A stretch of DNA of 64,000 nucleotides from Patescibacteria group bacterium (GTDB taxonomy: Bacteria > Patescibacteriota > Minisyncoccia > Phycocordibacterales > UBA9973): NCBI GenBank assembly GCA_040390725.1, contig JAZJXT010000001.1:152586-216585 (forward strand), given 5' to 3'. The notes below the pieces were generated by a model, which made no database searches, was not told where the DNA came from, and was given only the letters and a program-made list of their open reading frames with translations. This document shows, piece by piece, positions 1 to 7,867 of the stretch (the stretch's first letter is position 1; the number at the start of each line of letters is the position of its first letter). The position numbers and the translations under genes were made by a program.

Positions 1-57
1 GCCGACCAGTCGCTCACCGGTGCTTCAGCACAATTAGGACTTTTATTAGGTAGCTAA
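1..57 (+). CDS. 3' end of an upstream ORF (partial)
   Basis: Open frame ADQSLTGASAQLGLLLGS* ending TAA at 55-57. Confidence 0.4.
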   Translation, partial: ADQSLTGASAQLGLLLGS

Positions 58-103
58 AATATTTGTATTTGTTATAATATATTTAATATATTTCGATAAA
101 ATC

Positions 104-1498
104 ATGTCCCAAAAAATTTCAAAATTTTTAATTCTCACTTTGGCATTTGCGTCATTTATTTTTCTACCGAGTTTTTCTTCAGCTCAAGCAACATCATATT
201 ACTATAATTGGTATTTAGATACTGATACAACAGGTACAAAAGGACCATTTACATCACTAGAGCTTTGTGAGCAGGATGCTAGTGCGGGAGTATCTTCCGG
301 GGCGTATCAATCAACAGATCCTTGTTATACTGCTGCTACGCCATTAGGTTTGAGTTCTGGAAATTTAACTCCAAATTCTGCCGATGTTATAGCCACAGGT
401 CTTATTCCGAATACTGCATATCGTATCAGTATTTATTGGAAAAATAATCCTACAGATCAAGGTTATAGCAGGAAAGATGTGAGTTTTACCGCTAATAATT
501 CAGGCACTGAGACGGCATCTTTTTCTTCTATTCCTCCATCAATATCTTATGATGCTCGTTTATATAAAGTTTCAACGGGGCAGGTATTAAAAACTACAAC
601 TTTTACTACTAAAGCATTGCAAATAAGTGTGACACTTAGAGATTTAACAGCGACATCCAGTGAATTAATAGCCGGCGGGCTTTTCCCATACGGTACTGAT
701 TCGTATCTTTTTACTGTTTTAGTTACTTCTCCCGGTACTGCTTCAAATACTCAAAAACAAACAGTGACTCCCAGCAATAGCAATATAGCTACGGCTACAT
801 TTTCTGATTTGATTCCAGGGGTTTCATACACATTGATTATTTCCCATGGCAATCAAGACGATTTAAAAGAATTTGATTTTACAAAAGCTTTTCATGGTAT
901 TTGTGGTTCTGCCAATGGTCAATCTTTTCAAACAGCACCCACCGGGGATACGAATCTCTGCTCTGTAGGTATTTCTGATTCAATGACTGAAGACATAGCT
1001 TCATGGACATGGACATGTAAAATAAAAGATTCAAATGATTCTTCTACCAGTCAATATTGCTCCGCCACTAAGGCAGGGAATCCACCTCCGCCGACTCCTC
1101 CGACACCTCCATCATCAGGAGGCAAGGGTTTTGTCGGTGCTTTAGTTCCTTGCGGAATAAGTGAAAACAAGCTCAATACCAATGCGGTCACGGGCGCTCA
1201 GACGGGAGGAGGGGTCACACAGCCTTGCGGTTTTTATGATCTCCTAACTCTTGTAAATAACGTTGTAAGATTTATTATTTTTAATTTAGCTTTGCCCATA
1301 GCTGCTATCATGTTTGCTTATGCGGGTTTTCTACTTATCACTGCGGGGGGAGAGTCTGGTCAAATGACAAAAGCAAAAGGTATTTTTTCCGCAGTTGTGA
1401 TGGGCCTTATTTTTGTCGCGGCTGCATGGCTCATAGTGAAGCTCATTTTGGTTGTATTGGGTTACAAATCCGATTGGATAACTTGGTTTGGATTTTGA
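104..1498 (+). CDS. Large secreted pilin-like protein: Thr/Ser-rich beta domains, Pro linker, C-terminal TrbC/VirB2-like pilin hairpin
   Basis: Signal peptide; Cys-containing middle; PPPPTPPTPP linker; C-terminal 'YAGFLLITAGG...KAK..F..VVMGLIFVAAAWLIV' pilin motif. Confidence 0.75.
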   Translation: MSQKISKFLILTLAFASFIFLPSFSSAQATSYYYNWYLDTDTTGTKGPFTSLELCEQDASAGVSSGAYQSTDPCYTAATPLGLSSGNLTPNSADVIATGLIPNTAYRISIYWKNNPTDQGYSRKDVSFTANNSGTETASFSSIPPSISYDARLYKVSTGQVLKTTTFTTKALQISVTLRDLTATSSELIAGGLFPYGTDSYLFTVLVTSPGTASNTQKQTVTPSNSNIATATFSDLIPGVSYTLIISHGNQDDLKEFDFTKAFHGICGSANGQSFQTAPTGDTNLCSVGISDSMTEDIASWTWTCKIKDSNDSSTSQYCSATKAGNPPPPTPPTPPSSGGKGFVGALVPCGISENKLNTNAVTGAQTGGGVTQPCGFYDLLTLVNNVVRFIIFNLALPIAAIMFAYAGFLLITAGGESGQMTKAKGIFSAVVMGLIFVAAAWLIVKLILVVLGYKSDWITWFGF

Positions 1499-1517
1499 AA
1501 TAATGTATAATAAAGAT

Positions 1518-1895
1518 ATGAATTTTAAATTAAAAAATTTTATAGGAATGTTCACAGTCGGTATTTTTGCTTTTTTTATTTTAGTTTTGCCGGTTGTTTC
1601 TCTTGCTAATACCGACAATACAGCTCCTGCTACTGTTCAAGTCGTCAATCCTATCAGCGTGAATGATCTAAATGGTTTTCTTAAAGTTATTTTAGAAGGC
1701 GTAGTTAAAATCGGTATGCCTATTATTGCCCTTGCTATTATTTATTGTGGCTTTCTTTTTGTTTCCGCTCAAGGCAACACAGCTGAGCTAGAAACAGCCA
1801 AGAAATCTCTGATGTATACTCTCATAGGAGCAGCATTATTATTAGGCGCTTGGGCTATAGCTCAGCTCATAACAGAGACTATTACAAGCCTTTAA
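1518..1895 (+). CDS. TrbC/VirB2-like (CPR T4SS-type) pilin
   Basis: Signal peptide, 'NPI', 'IIYCGFLFVSAQGN..ELETAKK.L.Y.LIGAALLLGAW'; ATG 6 nt after TATAAT (1506-1511). Confidence 0.8.
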   Translation: MNFKLKNFIGMFTVGIFAFFILVLPVVSLANTDNTAPATVQVVNPISVNDLNGFLKVILEGVVKIGMPIIALAIIYCGFLFVSAQGNTAELETAKKSLMYTLIGAALLLGAWAIAQLITETITSL

Positions 1896-1899
1896 AATT

Positions 1900-2265
1900 A
1901 TGAAGAAATTTATTTTATTTTCTTTAATTTCTCTTACTCCTTCATTTGTTTTTGCGCAGGCTTCGAGTCCCGTATGCAGTATCGGTACAAACTTCAAAGA
2001 TCTTGTTAATTATATATCTTGCCTTATAGAAGGGTCGGTGATTCCTTTTATATTCGGTTTAGCTGTCGTTGCATTTGTCTGGGGTGTTGTGAAGTTCCTC
2101 ATGAGTGCTGAGGATGAAACTCAAAAATCCCAAGGCAAACAATTCATGCTTTGGGGCATCATAGCTTTGGCTGTGATGGTGTCCATCTGGGGTTTGGTAA
2201 AATTACTGACCAATACTTTCGGAGTAAAATATGTTATTCCTCAGGTTCAAAATAAATCACAATAA
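1900..2265 (+). CDS. TrbC/VirB2-like pilin
   Basis: AFA/FAQ-type signal end, Cys pair, 'FVWGVVKF...GKQFMLWGIIALAVMVSIWGLV'. Confidence 0.8.
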   Translation: MKKFILFSLISLTPSFVFAQASSPVCSIGTNFKDLVNYISCLIEGSVIPFIFGLAVVAFVWGVVKFLMSAEDETQKSQGKQFMLWGIIALAVMVSIWGLVKLLTNTFGVKYVIPQVQNKSQ

Positions 2266-2282
2266 CAATAACAATAACAATA
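2259..2282 (+). repeat. (ACAATA)4 hexamer tandem repeat between two pilin genes
   Basis: Four exact copies spanning the stop at 2263-2265 and reaching the ATG at 2282. Confidence 0.85.
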
Positions 2283-2890
2283 TGAAAAAATTTATAATTT
2301 TATTTTGTATAATAGTTCTGGCATTATCTTTTAAAATGGCTTTTGCTCAGTACAGCTGGAATTGGACTAATTATTCCGGGACTAATCAAAATATGAATGG
2401 ATCTGGCCTCACTACTCAGGGTACAAATACATGGGGAGGTACTACTCCTACGAATCCTTGGGGTTGGGGTTTTGGCTGGGGTAATGTAGCGCCTGTGATG
2501 AAGGTCCAAGGCCAGAAGCAAGTCGTCGGGGATAAACAAATCGTCGGCTCTACCAGTGATGCTATTACAGGTTCCGCTATGCCTTTTTCCTGTGCATTTA
2601 ATAACAATAATCCTACAGCCAAAGATATATTTAATTATGGTACCTGCGTACTAGGGAATTCTATTATTCCTCTTTTATTTTTATTTGCTTCTATTGTTTT
2701 TATGTGGGGTGTCATCCAATACGTTATCGGTGGACAAGAAGAAGCAAAAAAGGATAAAGGAAAGCAGTTTATGTTTTGGGGCATTATTGCCCTTTTTGTG
2801 GCTGTTTCGGTATGGGGATTAGTAGGTATTTTAACCGGTACATTTAATCTGAAAACCACTGCGCCGTCAGTACAGCCGGTTTCCGAGTAG
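2282..2890 (+). CDS. TrbC/VirB2-like pilin with Trp/Gly/Asn-rich N-terminal extension
   Basis: Start at MKKFII after the poly-N repeat; C-terminal 'FMWGVIQY...GKQFMFWGIIALFVAVSVWGLV'. Confidence 0.8.
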   Translation: MKKFIILFCIIVLALSFKMAFAQYSWNWTNYSGTNQNMNGSGLTTQGTNTWGGTTPTNPWGWGFGWGNVAPVMKVQGQKQVVGDKQIVGSTSDAITGSAMPFSCAFNNNNPTAKDIFNYGTCVLGNSIIPLLFLFASIVFMWGVIQYVIGGQEEAKKDKGKQFMFWGIIALFVAVSVWGLVGILTGTFNLKTTAPSVQPVSE

Positions 2891-3010
2891 TCCACAGTAT
2901 TGTTTGCAGGCTGTGAGATGGTTGTGATACAATATACGTGCCTAATATTTTAGGAAATTATTATTAACAGGTCGTTTATTATTATAAATTAAGATTTAAG
3001 AATTTTTATT

Positions 3011-3397
3011 ATGAAAAAGAAATTTATCGTGTTGGGTAGCGTTTTGTCTTTTGCGCCGATGCTTGCTTTCGCGCAGACAGTTTGTACTACAAATGTTGGA
3101 ACTATCGACTGGCTATTGTGTAGAGTGGGAGATTTACTAAACACAGTTGTGCCTGTGCTTATCGCTTTAGGTGTTGTTTACTTCATCTGGGGTGTCGTTA
3201 CTTATGTAGTTGCAGGTGATGAAGAAGCAAAGAAGACAGGACGAGACAGAATGATCTACGGTATCATCGGTCTAGTTGTTATCGTGTCTATCTGGGGATT
3301 GGTTAGTATCTTGAAGAGTACATTCAATCTTTCAAGTTCAAACCCTGGCACTGTGCAAGTTCCTTGTATTCCTATCCCTCCAAACGTAACTTGTTAA
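3011..3397 (+). CDS. TrbC/VirB2-like pilin (candidate major pilin)
   Basis: AFAQ signal end, Cys pairs, 'FIWGVVTYV.AGDEEAKK.GR..MIYGIIGL.VIVSIWGLV'; own upstream TGnTACAAT promoter and leader. Confidence 0.8.
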   Translation: MKKKFIVLGSVLSFAPMLAFAQTVCTTNVGTIDWLLCRVGDLLNTVVPVLIALGVVYFIWGVVTYVVAGDEEAKKTGRDRMIYGIIGLVVIVSIWGLVSILKSTFNLSSSNPGTVQVPCIPIPPNVTC

Positions 3398-3413
3398 TTT
3401 AATTTTTAATTAG

Positions 3414-3770
3414 ATGAATTTATTTTCTGTAAACATAGCTTATGCTGCGACTTCAAGATTTGATACATTTATCAGCAATGTTGATAGCAAAATTATCAAT
3501 CCGCTTATAATTTTATTATTTGTCTTGGCTATCGCTTATTTTTTGTGGGGAGTCTTTCAATTTATCTCCAATCAAGATAATGAAGAAAAAAAGACCGACG
3601 GCAAAAATCATATGATTTATGGAATATTGGGGCTGGTTATCATGATCAGTGTCTGGGCTATTCTTCAGGTTATTTTAAACACCTTGGATATACAAAAGTC
3701 TGGTCAGATAAATCCTGAAGAGGGAACAGTGCACTTAAATGATTACAATCCTCCATCATCTAATAATTAA
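3414..3770 (+). CDS. TrbC/VirB2-like pilin
   Basis: 'IINPLI.LLF.LAIAYFLWGVFQFI....NEEKK..GK.HMIYGILGL.IMISVW'. Confidence 0.8.
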   Translation: MNLFSVNIAYAATSRFDTFISNVDSKIINPLIILLFVLAIAYFLWGVFQFISNQDNEEKKTDGKNHMIYGILGLVIMISVWAILQVILNTLDIQKSGQINPEEGTVHLNDYNPPSSNN

Positions 3771-3792
3771 AAACGCAAAAAAAGAAAAAAAT

Positions 3793-3818
3793 ATAGGCGT
3801 ACCGAAAGGTACGCCTAT
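3793..3818. terminator. Bidirectional intrinsic terminator
   Basis: ATAGGCGTACC-GAAA-GGTACGCCTAT with A-tract before and T-tracts after, between convergent genes. Confidence 0.8.
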
Positions 3819-3837
3819 TGCGTTTTTACGCGTTTTT

Positions 3838-4401
3838 TTATTGCCAGACTTCAAATTCTGTGAAGCCTGATTTTTCCTCCGACCGGAATATATAAGTTCC
3901 GGGCGGGTCATGGCGGTTTAATTTAATGCCTGGCGCATCATGGTAAGTTTCCCCGTCCGGGGTAGTTACCTTGACTTTGCCATACATTACTGTCGACGAC
4001 TCGTAAGTTTTCACAATAACCTTTGTGCCGTCTTTAGTGGCAACATATGAGGTTCTTACTTTTCCTACGGGGACAGTATTTGTACTTCCAGTGTTTCCAG
4101 TACCATCTTTTTTTGGTGCTGGATCAGAATGCCAAAACATAAATTTAAATATCCAGGCCATAATCATAAAGGCCAATGTAATTGGAACCCATTTTGAGAA
4201 CCATGACCCGAAACTAAACTTATGACCGTGACCACTTGCGTGACCACCAGAATGAGCATCACCATGTTCAGATTTGGAAACTGCTTTTTTGACAGCTTTG
4301 CCTGCTCCTGAAAATAGTTTTCTAAGAACAGAACCAAAGAACAACAAGGCAATCAGGGCAAGAATTACCCAGGGGGTGAGATTTATGAATATTAAATTCA
4401 T
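3838..4401 (-). CDS. Membrane protein, two TM segments with His/Gly-rich linker
   Basis: Two hydrophobic segments, HGDAHSGGHASGHGH linker; overlaps stop of the upstream SPFH-like gene. Confidence 0.6.
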   Translation of the reverse strand: MNLIFINLTPWVILALIALLFFGSVLRKLFSGAGKAVKKAVSKSEHGDAHSGGHASGHGHKFSFGSWFSKWVPITLAFMIMAWIFKFMFWHSDPAPKKDGTGNTGSTNTVPVGKVRTSYVATKDGTKVIVKTYESSTVMYGKVKVTTPDGETYHDAPGIKLNRHDPPGTYIFRSEEKSGFTEFEVWQ

Positions 4402-5786
4402 ATTGCACCTCCCTTGGCTTCTGTGATAGCGCTAGCTATCATCAGTGCGATTTTGTCATAATCGTTTCCTGACCCACTTCGGCTTGTCAGATAGGTGTGT
4501 TTGCTTTTTTCGAATGCTGTTACTTCTGCTTGAAGTTCCATCATTCTTGTGGCATCAACACCAGCGTTTTTGGCTTCTTCTAAGTAAGCCTTTAGTGCAA
4601 GTGCCTTACCTTCACCTTCTTGTGTCAGTCTAACTTTTTCACCTTCAGCAACTTGTATTGCCTTAAGTTTGTCTCCCTTACCAGCAATTTCTTTTTTGTC
4701 AGAGACAAAAACTTCGGCTAAGGCGTCGTTGACAGCATCATGGATACTTTTGGAAGCACCCAGGGCAATAACACGAGAATCCAGACAATCGAGCCCTAAT
4801 TTACCTTTTTCAATGAGAGTTTTAACATCTCTGGTAAGTGCCTTATCAAGTACGTCTTTGGTCTGAAGAAATATCAACATCGCATAAGTGTACTTTTTGA
4901 ATTCTGTATTAATTGTGCTTTTCACCATTAACGCTACTTGGCGCCCAAATTCCTTTTTGCGCTTTTCTGGATTTTCACCTGCAACGTTTTCAACATACAG
5001 TACTAAATTACTTTTTTTTGTAGTGATTACTACTGTTGGCTGTAAAACAATTTGCTTGTGGTTTGGGTCTTTCAAAATCCTCTTCTTGTCTTCTTCAGAA
5101 AAGATAAGATTACCATTTTCATCTTTTTCTTCCCAATTTACTAATTCAGGACTTCCTGTTGTGACATCATTTAAGTGATGGATCATAAGATTTTCCTGTT
5201 CTTCTTTAGAAAAATCTTTGTCTATCTCTGCTTGCTCCACTGCTGTTATCATGTCTACAAGATTAGTATTTGTGTCTTTGCTTATACTCATCAATCCGGG
5301 ACAAATTAAACAGGGATGTCCCGCATTAGTTGTTCCGAGAGCTAAGCCTCGAGCAAAGTAAATTACTGCAATTTCGTCTGGCTCTTGACTGTTCCATGAC
5401 AATTTAATAATGGCAATTGGCCAAATAAAAAGTAAAACAGCCCACAAGTTTAAGCGAAATCCAGGGAATTCAAATGCCATGAAACTTAGATCTATGGTAG
5501 ATTTTCCTATCTCGAATTGTCCGAGATTATGATGAAAAATCCATACCCACATAACAAATAACCAGGGCAGGGCCATTCCAAAAAAGTTCAGGAACCAGAA
5601 AATCTTTATACGATCTTCTCTTCCTTCTATTGGATTAGGATACAAACTCCTCAGAGCCTTACCTATTGTCTTTAGGTTACTTGAAAACCAAGCACTGATT
5701 TTATTTAGTTTGCCGATAAGCCAAAATAGGCTGACCGCTAACCATTTGAGAGCTTTGTCTCCCATCTTTTTCATAAGATTTTTCAT
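4398..5786 (-). CDS. SPFH/band-7-like membrane protein
   Basis: TM segments then 'EIAVIYF..G..LG', 'LGLDC....VI' and C-terminal 'AEGEK..L..EGEGKA' coiled coil. Confidence 0.55.
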   Translation of the reverse strand: MKNLMKKMGDKALKWLAVSLFWLIGKLNKISAWFSSNLKTIGKALRSLYPNPIEGREDRIKIFWFLNFFGMALPWLFVMWVWIFHHNLGQFEIGKSTIDLSFMAFEFPGFRLNLWAVLLFIWPIAIIKLSWNSQEPDEIAVIYFARGLALGTTNAGHPCLICPGLMSISKDTNTNLVDMITAVEQAEIDKDFSKEEQENLMIHHLNDVTTGSPELVNWEEKDENGNLIFSEEDKKRILKDPNHKQIVLQPTVVITTKKSNLVLYVENVAGENPEKRKKEFGRQVALMVKSTINTEFKKYTYAMLIFLQTKDVLDKALTRDVKTLIEKGKLGLDCLDSRVIALGASKSIHDAVNDALAEVFVSDKKEIAGKGDKLKAIQVAEGEKVRLTQEGEGKALALKAYLEEAKNAGVDATRMMELQAEVTAFEKSKHTYLTSRSGSGNDYDKIALMIASAITEAKGGAI

Positions 5787-5942
5787 AACACTATATATTA
5801 AAAATTAAAATTGATTACTCATTAAAGTCTTTTGTTTTTTTACCCCACCACTTCAGGTGCAAATAAAAAATGTTTTATTAAAAGACTTATTCTGAGCAAC
5901 CAATCAAATTTAAATTTTTGTCAAAGGACGGAGTCCAGCAAT

Positions 5943-5971
5943 AGTGTATCACAATCAAACGAAAAAGTCAA
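5943..5971 (-). promoter_or_regulatory. sigma70-type promoter for the SPFH-like operon
   Basis: Minus strand TTGACT-17 nt-TACACT with extended TG. Confidence 0.6.
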
Positions 5972-5992
5972 CCCTTGTGGGGCTGACTTTTT
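5962..5992 (-). terminator. Intrinsic terminator downstream of the IPT/TIG gene
   Basis: AAAAAGTCAACCC..GGGCTGACTTTTT hairpin. Confidence 0.6.
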
Positions 5993-6021
5993 ATGTTGAA
6001 ATATAAGGCTAGATTTCGAGA

Positions 6022-6798
6022 TTATTCGTGTTTCATTGGTTCGTTGTGAAAGTCTTTTTCAAAAAAACCTTTTCTGATTATTAACACTAATACTAGGATA
6101 AGAATCGCAAGCAATAACCATTGAAACAAAGTCGAAGGCAAGAATCCGTGCCATGCAAAGAGGGAATTAGCAGCTAGGTTTGATTTGTCTACAGTAGCGC
6201 TGGCAGGGGTTTCTGTTTTTGCTGTGGTTTTTGTCGAAGTGCTTTTTGATACAGTTTGTGTTGGTGCAGGGCTCGGTGCAGGGTTTACATAAGCTACCAC
6301 CGAAGCTGTAGTGACCGTGAAGAATACTCCATTTGAAGTTCCTCCGCTCGGCATCGGGTTAAAAACACTGATCACATATTTACCGGGAGTCATGACGTCA
6401 CTTGCATTTAAGGTGACTGTTAATTTACCAGAGTTGTTATAGCTGGTAGGGCGGTATGAATTATTGAATTCAGCCATTGAGCCGGGGATAAAGTTTGACC
6501 CTGTTAAAACTACAGCCATGTTTCCGCTTATTTCCGTGACTTCATTTGGACTTACGGAATAAAGTATAGGCATAGGGTTTGAAGTGTTTGAGTTGGTATT
6601 ATTGGTATTGTTGTAATTATAAGTACCGTTTTGATTGTAGTTGTAGTTATAAGATCCATCAGTAGCTCCGCTTTCATAAGAGTATGAATCGCTATATGAT
6701 GCATTTACTTTCATGGGCATTGCTACCAAGGCTAGGGCTAGCACTGCTAATACTCCAAAGCTTTTAAATATTAAGTTTTTATTTATTGATGTATTCAT
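6022..6798 (-). CDS. Surface protein with IPT/TIG-like Ig domain and C-terminal TM anchor
   Basis: Signal peptide, Tyr/Asn-rich region, 'NPMPILYSVSP...VVLTGSNF.PGS...VFNP.P.GGTSN' IPT pattern, C-terminal TM. Confidence 0.7.
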   Translation of the reverse strand: MNTSINKNLIFKSFGVLAVLALALVAMPMKVNASYSDSYSYESGATDGSYNYNYNQNGTYNYNNTNNTNSNTSNPMPILYSVSPNEVTEISGNMAVVLTGSNFIPGSMAEFNNSYRPTSYNNSGKLTVTLNASDVMTPGKYVISVFNPMPSGGTSNGVFFTVTTASVVAYVNPAPSPAPTQTVSKSTSTKTTAKTETPASATVDKSNLAANSLFAWHGFLPSTLFQWLLLAILILVLVLIIRKGFFEKDFHNEPMKHE

Positions 6799-6881
6799 AT
6801 ATAGAAAGTATAGCACCTTTCAATCTAAATGTCAAGCTTTTTTGCTTACATTTTTACCCTTATTTTATAAGGTTTAAATTG

Positions 6882-6963
6882 TGCCCGGAGTGGGGGTCGA
6901 ACCCACATCCCTTGCGAGACACGATTTTAAGTCGTGCGCGTATACCAATTCCGCCATCCGGGC
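6882..6963 (-). tRNA. tRNA-Leu(TAA)
   Basis: Cloverleaf; anticodon arm CACGA-CT-TAA-AA-TCGTG; long variable arm; GGTTCGAC T-loop. Confidence 0.95.
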
Positions 6964-6977
6964 ATTATTCAGTTTTG

Positions 6978-7049
6978 AGGCCTAGGACGGAATCGAACCG
7001 TCGTATAAAGATTTTGCAGATCTTTGCCTTACCACTTGGCGACTAGGCC
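6978..7049 (-). tRNA. tRNA-Cys(GCA)
   Basis: GGCCTAG/CTAGGCC acceptor, U discriminator, anticodon arm AAGAT-CT-GCA-AA-ATCTT. Confidence 0.95.
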
Positions 7050-7213
7050 TTATTTATTTATTTTACAAATATATCTCCAATTTTAATATCTGCGCAGATC
7101 TTTGACTATTAACCCACTTGGCGACTAGGCCTTATTTATTTATTTTACAAATATATCTCCAATTTTAATATCTGCGCAGATCTTTGACTATTAACCCACT
7201 TGGCTACTAGGCC
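7016..7213 (-). repeat. 82-nt tandem repeat containing degenerate copies of the tRNA-Cys 5' half
   Basis: Copies at 7094-7131 and 7176-7213 of tRNA segment 7016-7049, separated by an identical 44-nt AT-rich spacer. Confidence 0.9.
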
Positions 7214-7291
7214 GTTTGTATAATCTAACATTTTTTTAAAAACTTTCAAAATATAAATAATTATGCTAAATTAAATATGAGTTAAAAACAT

Positions 7292-7367
7292 GCACCCATA
7301 ACTCAGCTGGTAGAGTAGCTCCCTCTTAAGGAGAATGTCGGAGGTTCGATCCCTCCTGGGTGCACCA
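7292..7367 (+). tRNA. tRNA-Lys(CTT)
   Basis: GCACCCA/TGGGTGC acceptor, encoded CCA, loop CT-CTT-AA. Confidence 0.9.
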
Positions 7368-7368
7368 T

Positions 7369-7450
7369 GCTGGAGTGGCGGAATTGGTATACGCGCTAGT
7401 CTTAGGAACTAGTACCGCAAGGTTTGAGGGTTCGAGTCCCTCCTCCAGCA
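7369..7450 (+). tRNA. tRNA-Leu(TAG)
   Basis: Anticodon arm CTAGT-CT-TAG-GA-ACTAG, long variable arm; 1 nt after tRNA-Lys CCA. Confidence 0.95.
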
Positions 7451-7461
7451 CAATTGTAAAA

Positions 7462-7785
7462 TTACTTTTCTCGAAGCAATTCGTCAATTTTTTGACGATT
7501 CTTTTCACCGCGGTCTATTTGGATGTCGATGAAGGGTATTGTTTTTACTTCCATATTTTTTTTCAAGAAATCTCGCAGGTCCGCTCTTTTTCTTTTTGCA
7601 AAGTCGAGTGCATCATGCTCTTTTGACTCAGGAAGTACTGTTATAAATATCGTTGCCTTTTTTAAATCAGGGGAACATGTCGCGGATGTCACAGTCACAA
7701 GGGAAGTCCTGTTATTTTCCCGCCCTAAAAACTCAGCGGAAAGCTTTTTTATAAATTGCGCAATTTTTTCATTTCTTTGTATCAT
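7462..7785 (-). CDS. rbfA: Ribosome-binding factor A
   Basis: 'R.EKIAQ.I', 'LVTVT....SPDLKKA.IFI', 'IP.I....D' and position after infB. Confidence 0.9.
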   Translation of the reverse strand: MIQRNEKIAQFIKKLSAEFLGRENNRTSLVTVTSATCSPDLKKATIFITVLPESKEHDALDFAKRKRADLRDFLKKNMEVKTIPFIDIQIDRGEKNRQKIDELLREK

Positions 7786-7792
7786 GTGTGTA

Positions 7793-7862
7793 GTGAATTG
7801 TGAAGATTTTCGCCTGCGGGCACTGGCCCCGTTTTGTCCGCCAGAAAATTTTCACAATTCAT
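7793..7862. repeat. Long stem-loop between infB and rbfA
   Basis: GTGAATTGTGAAGATTTTC ... GAAAATTTTCACAATTCAT arms around a GC-rich loop. Confidence 0.7.
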
Positions 7863-7867
7863 GAAAC

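Noticed and set aside
7016-7213. Possible CRISPR array
   Set aside because: Spacers are identical, the repeat is a tRNA-Cys fragment, and there are no cas genes
6786-7626. ORFs 6786-7046, 7326-7508 and 7360-7626
   Set aside because: They are translations of tRNA genes or of the rbfA antisense strand
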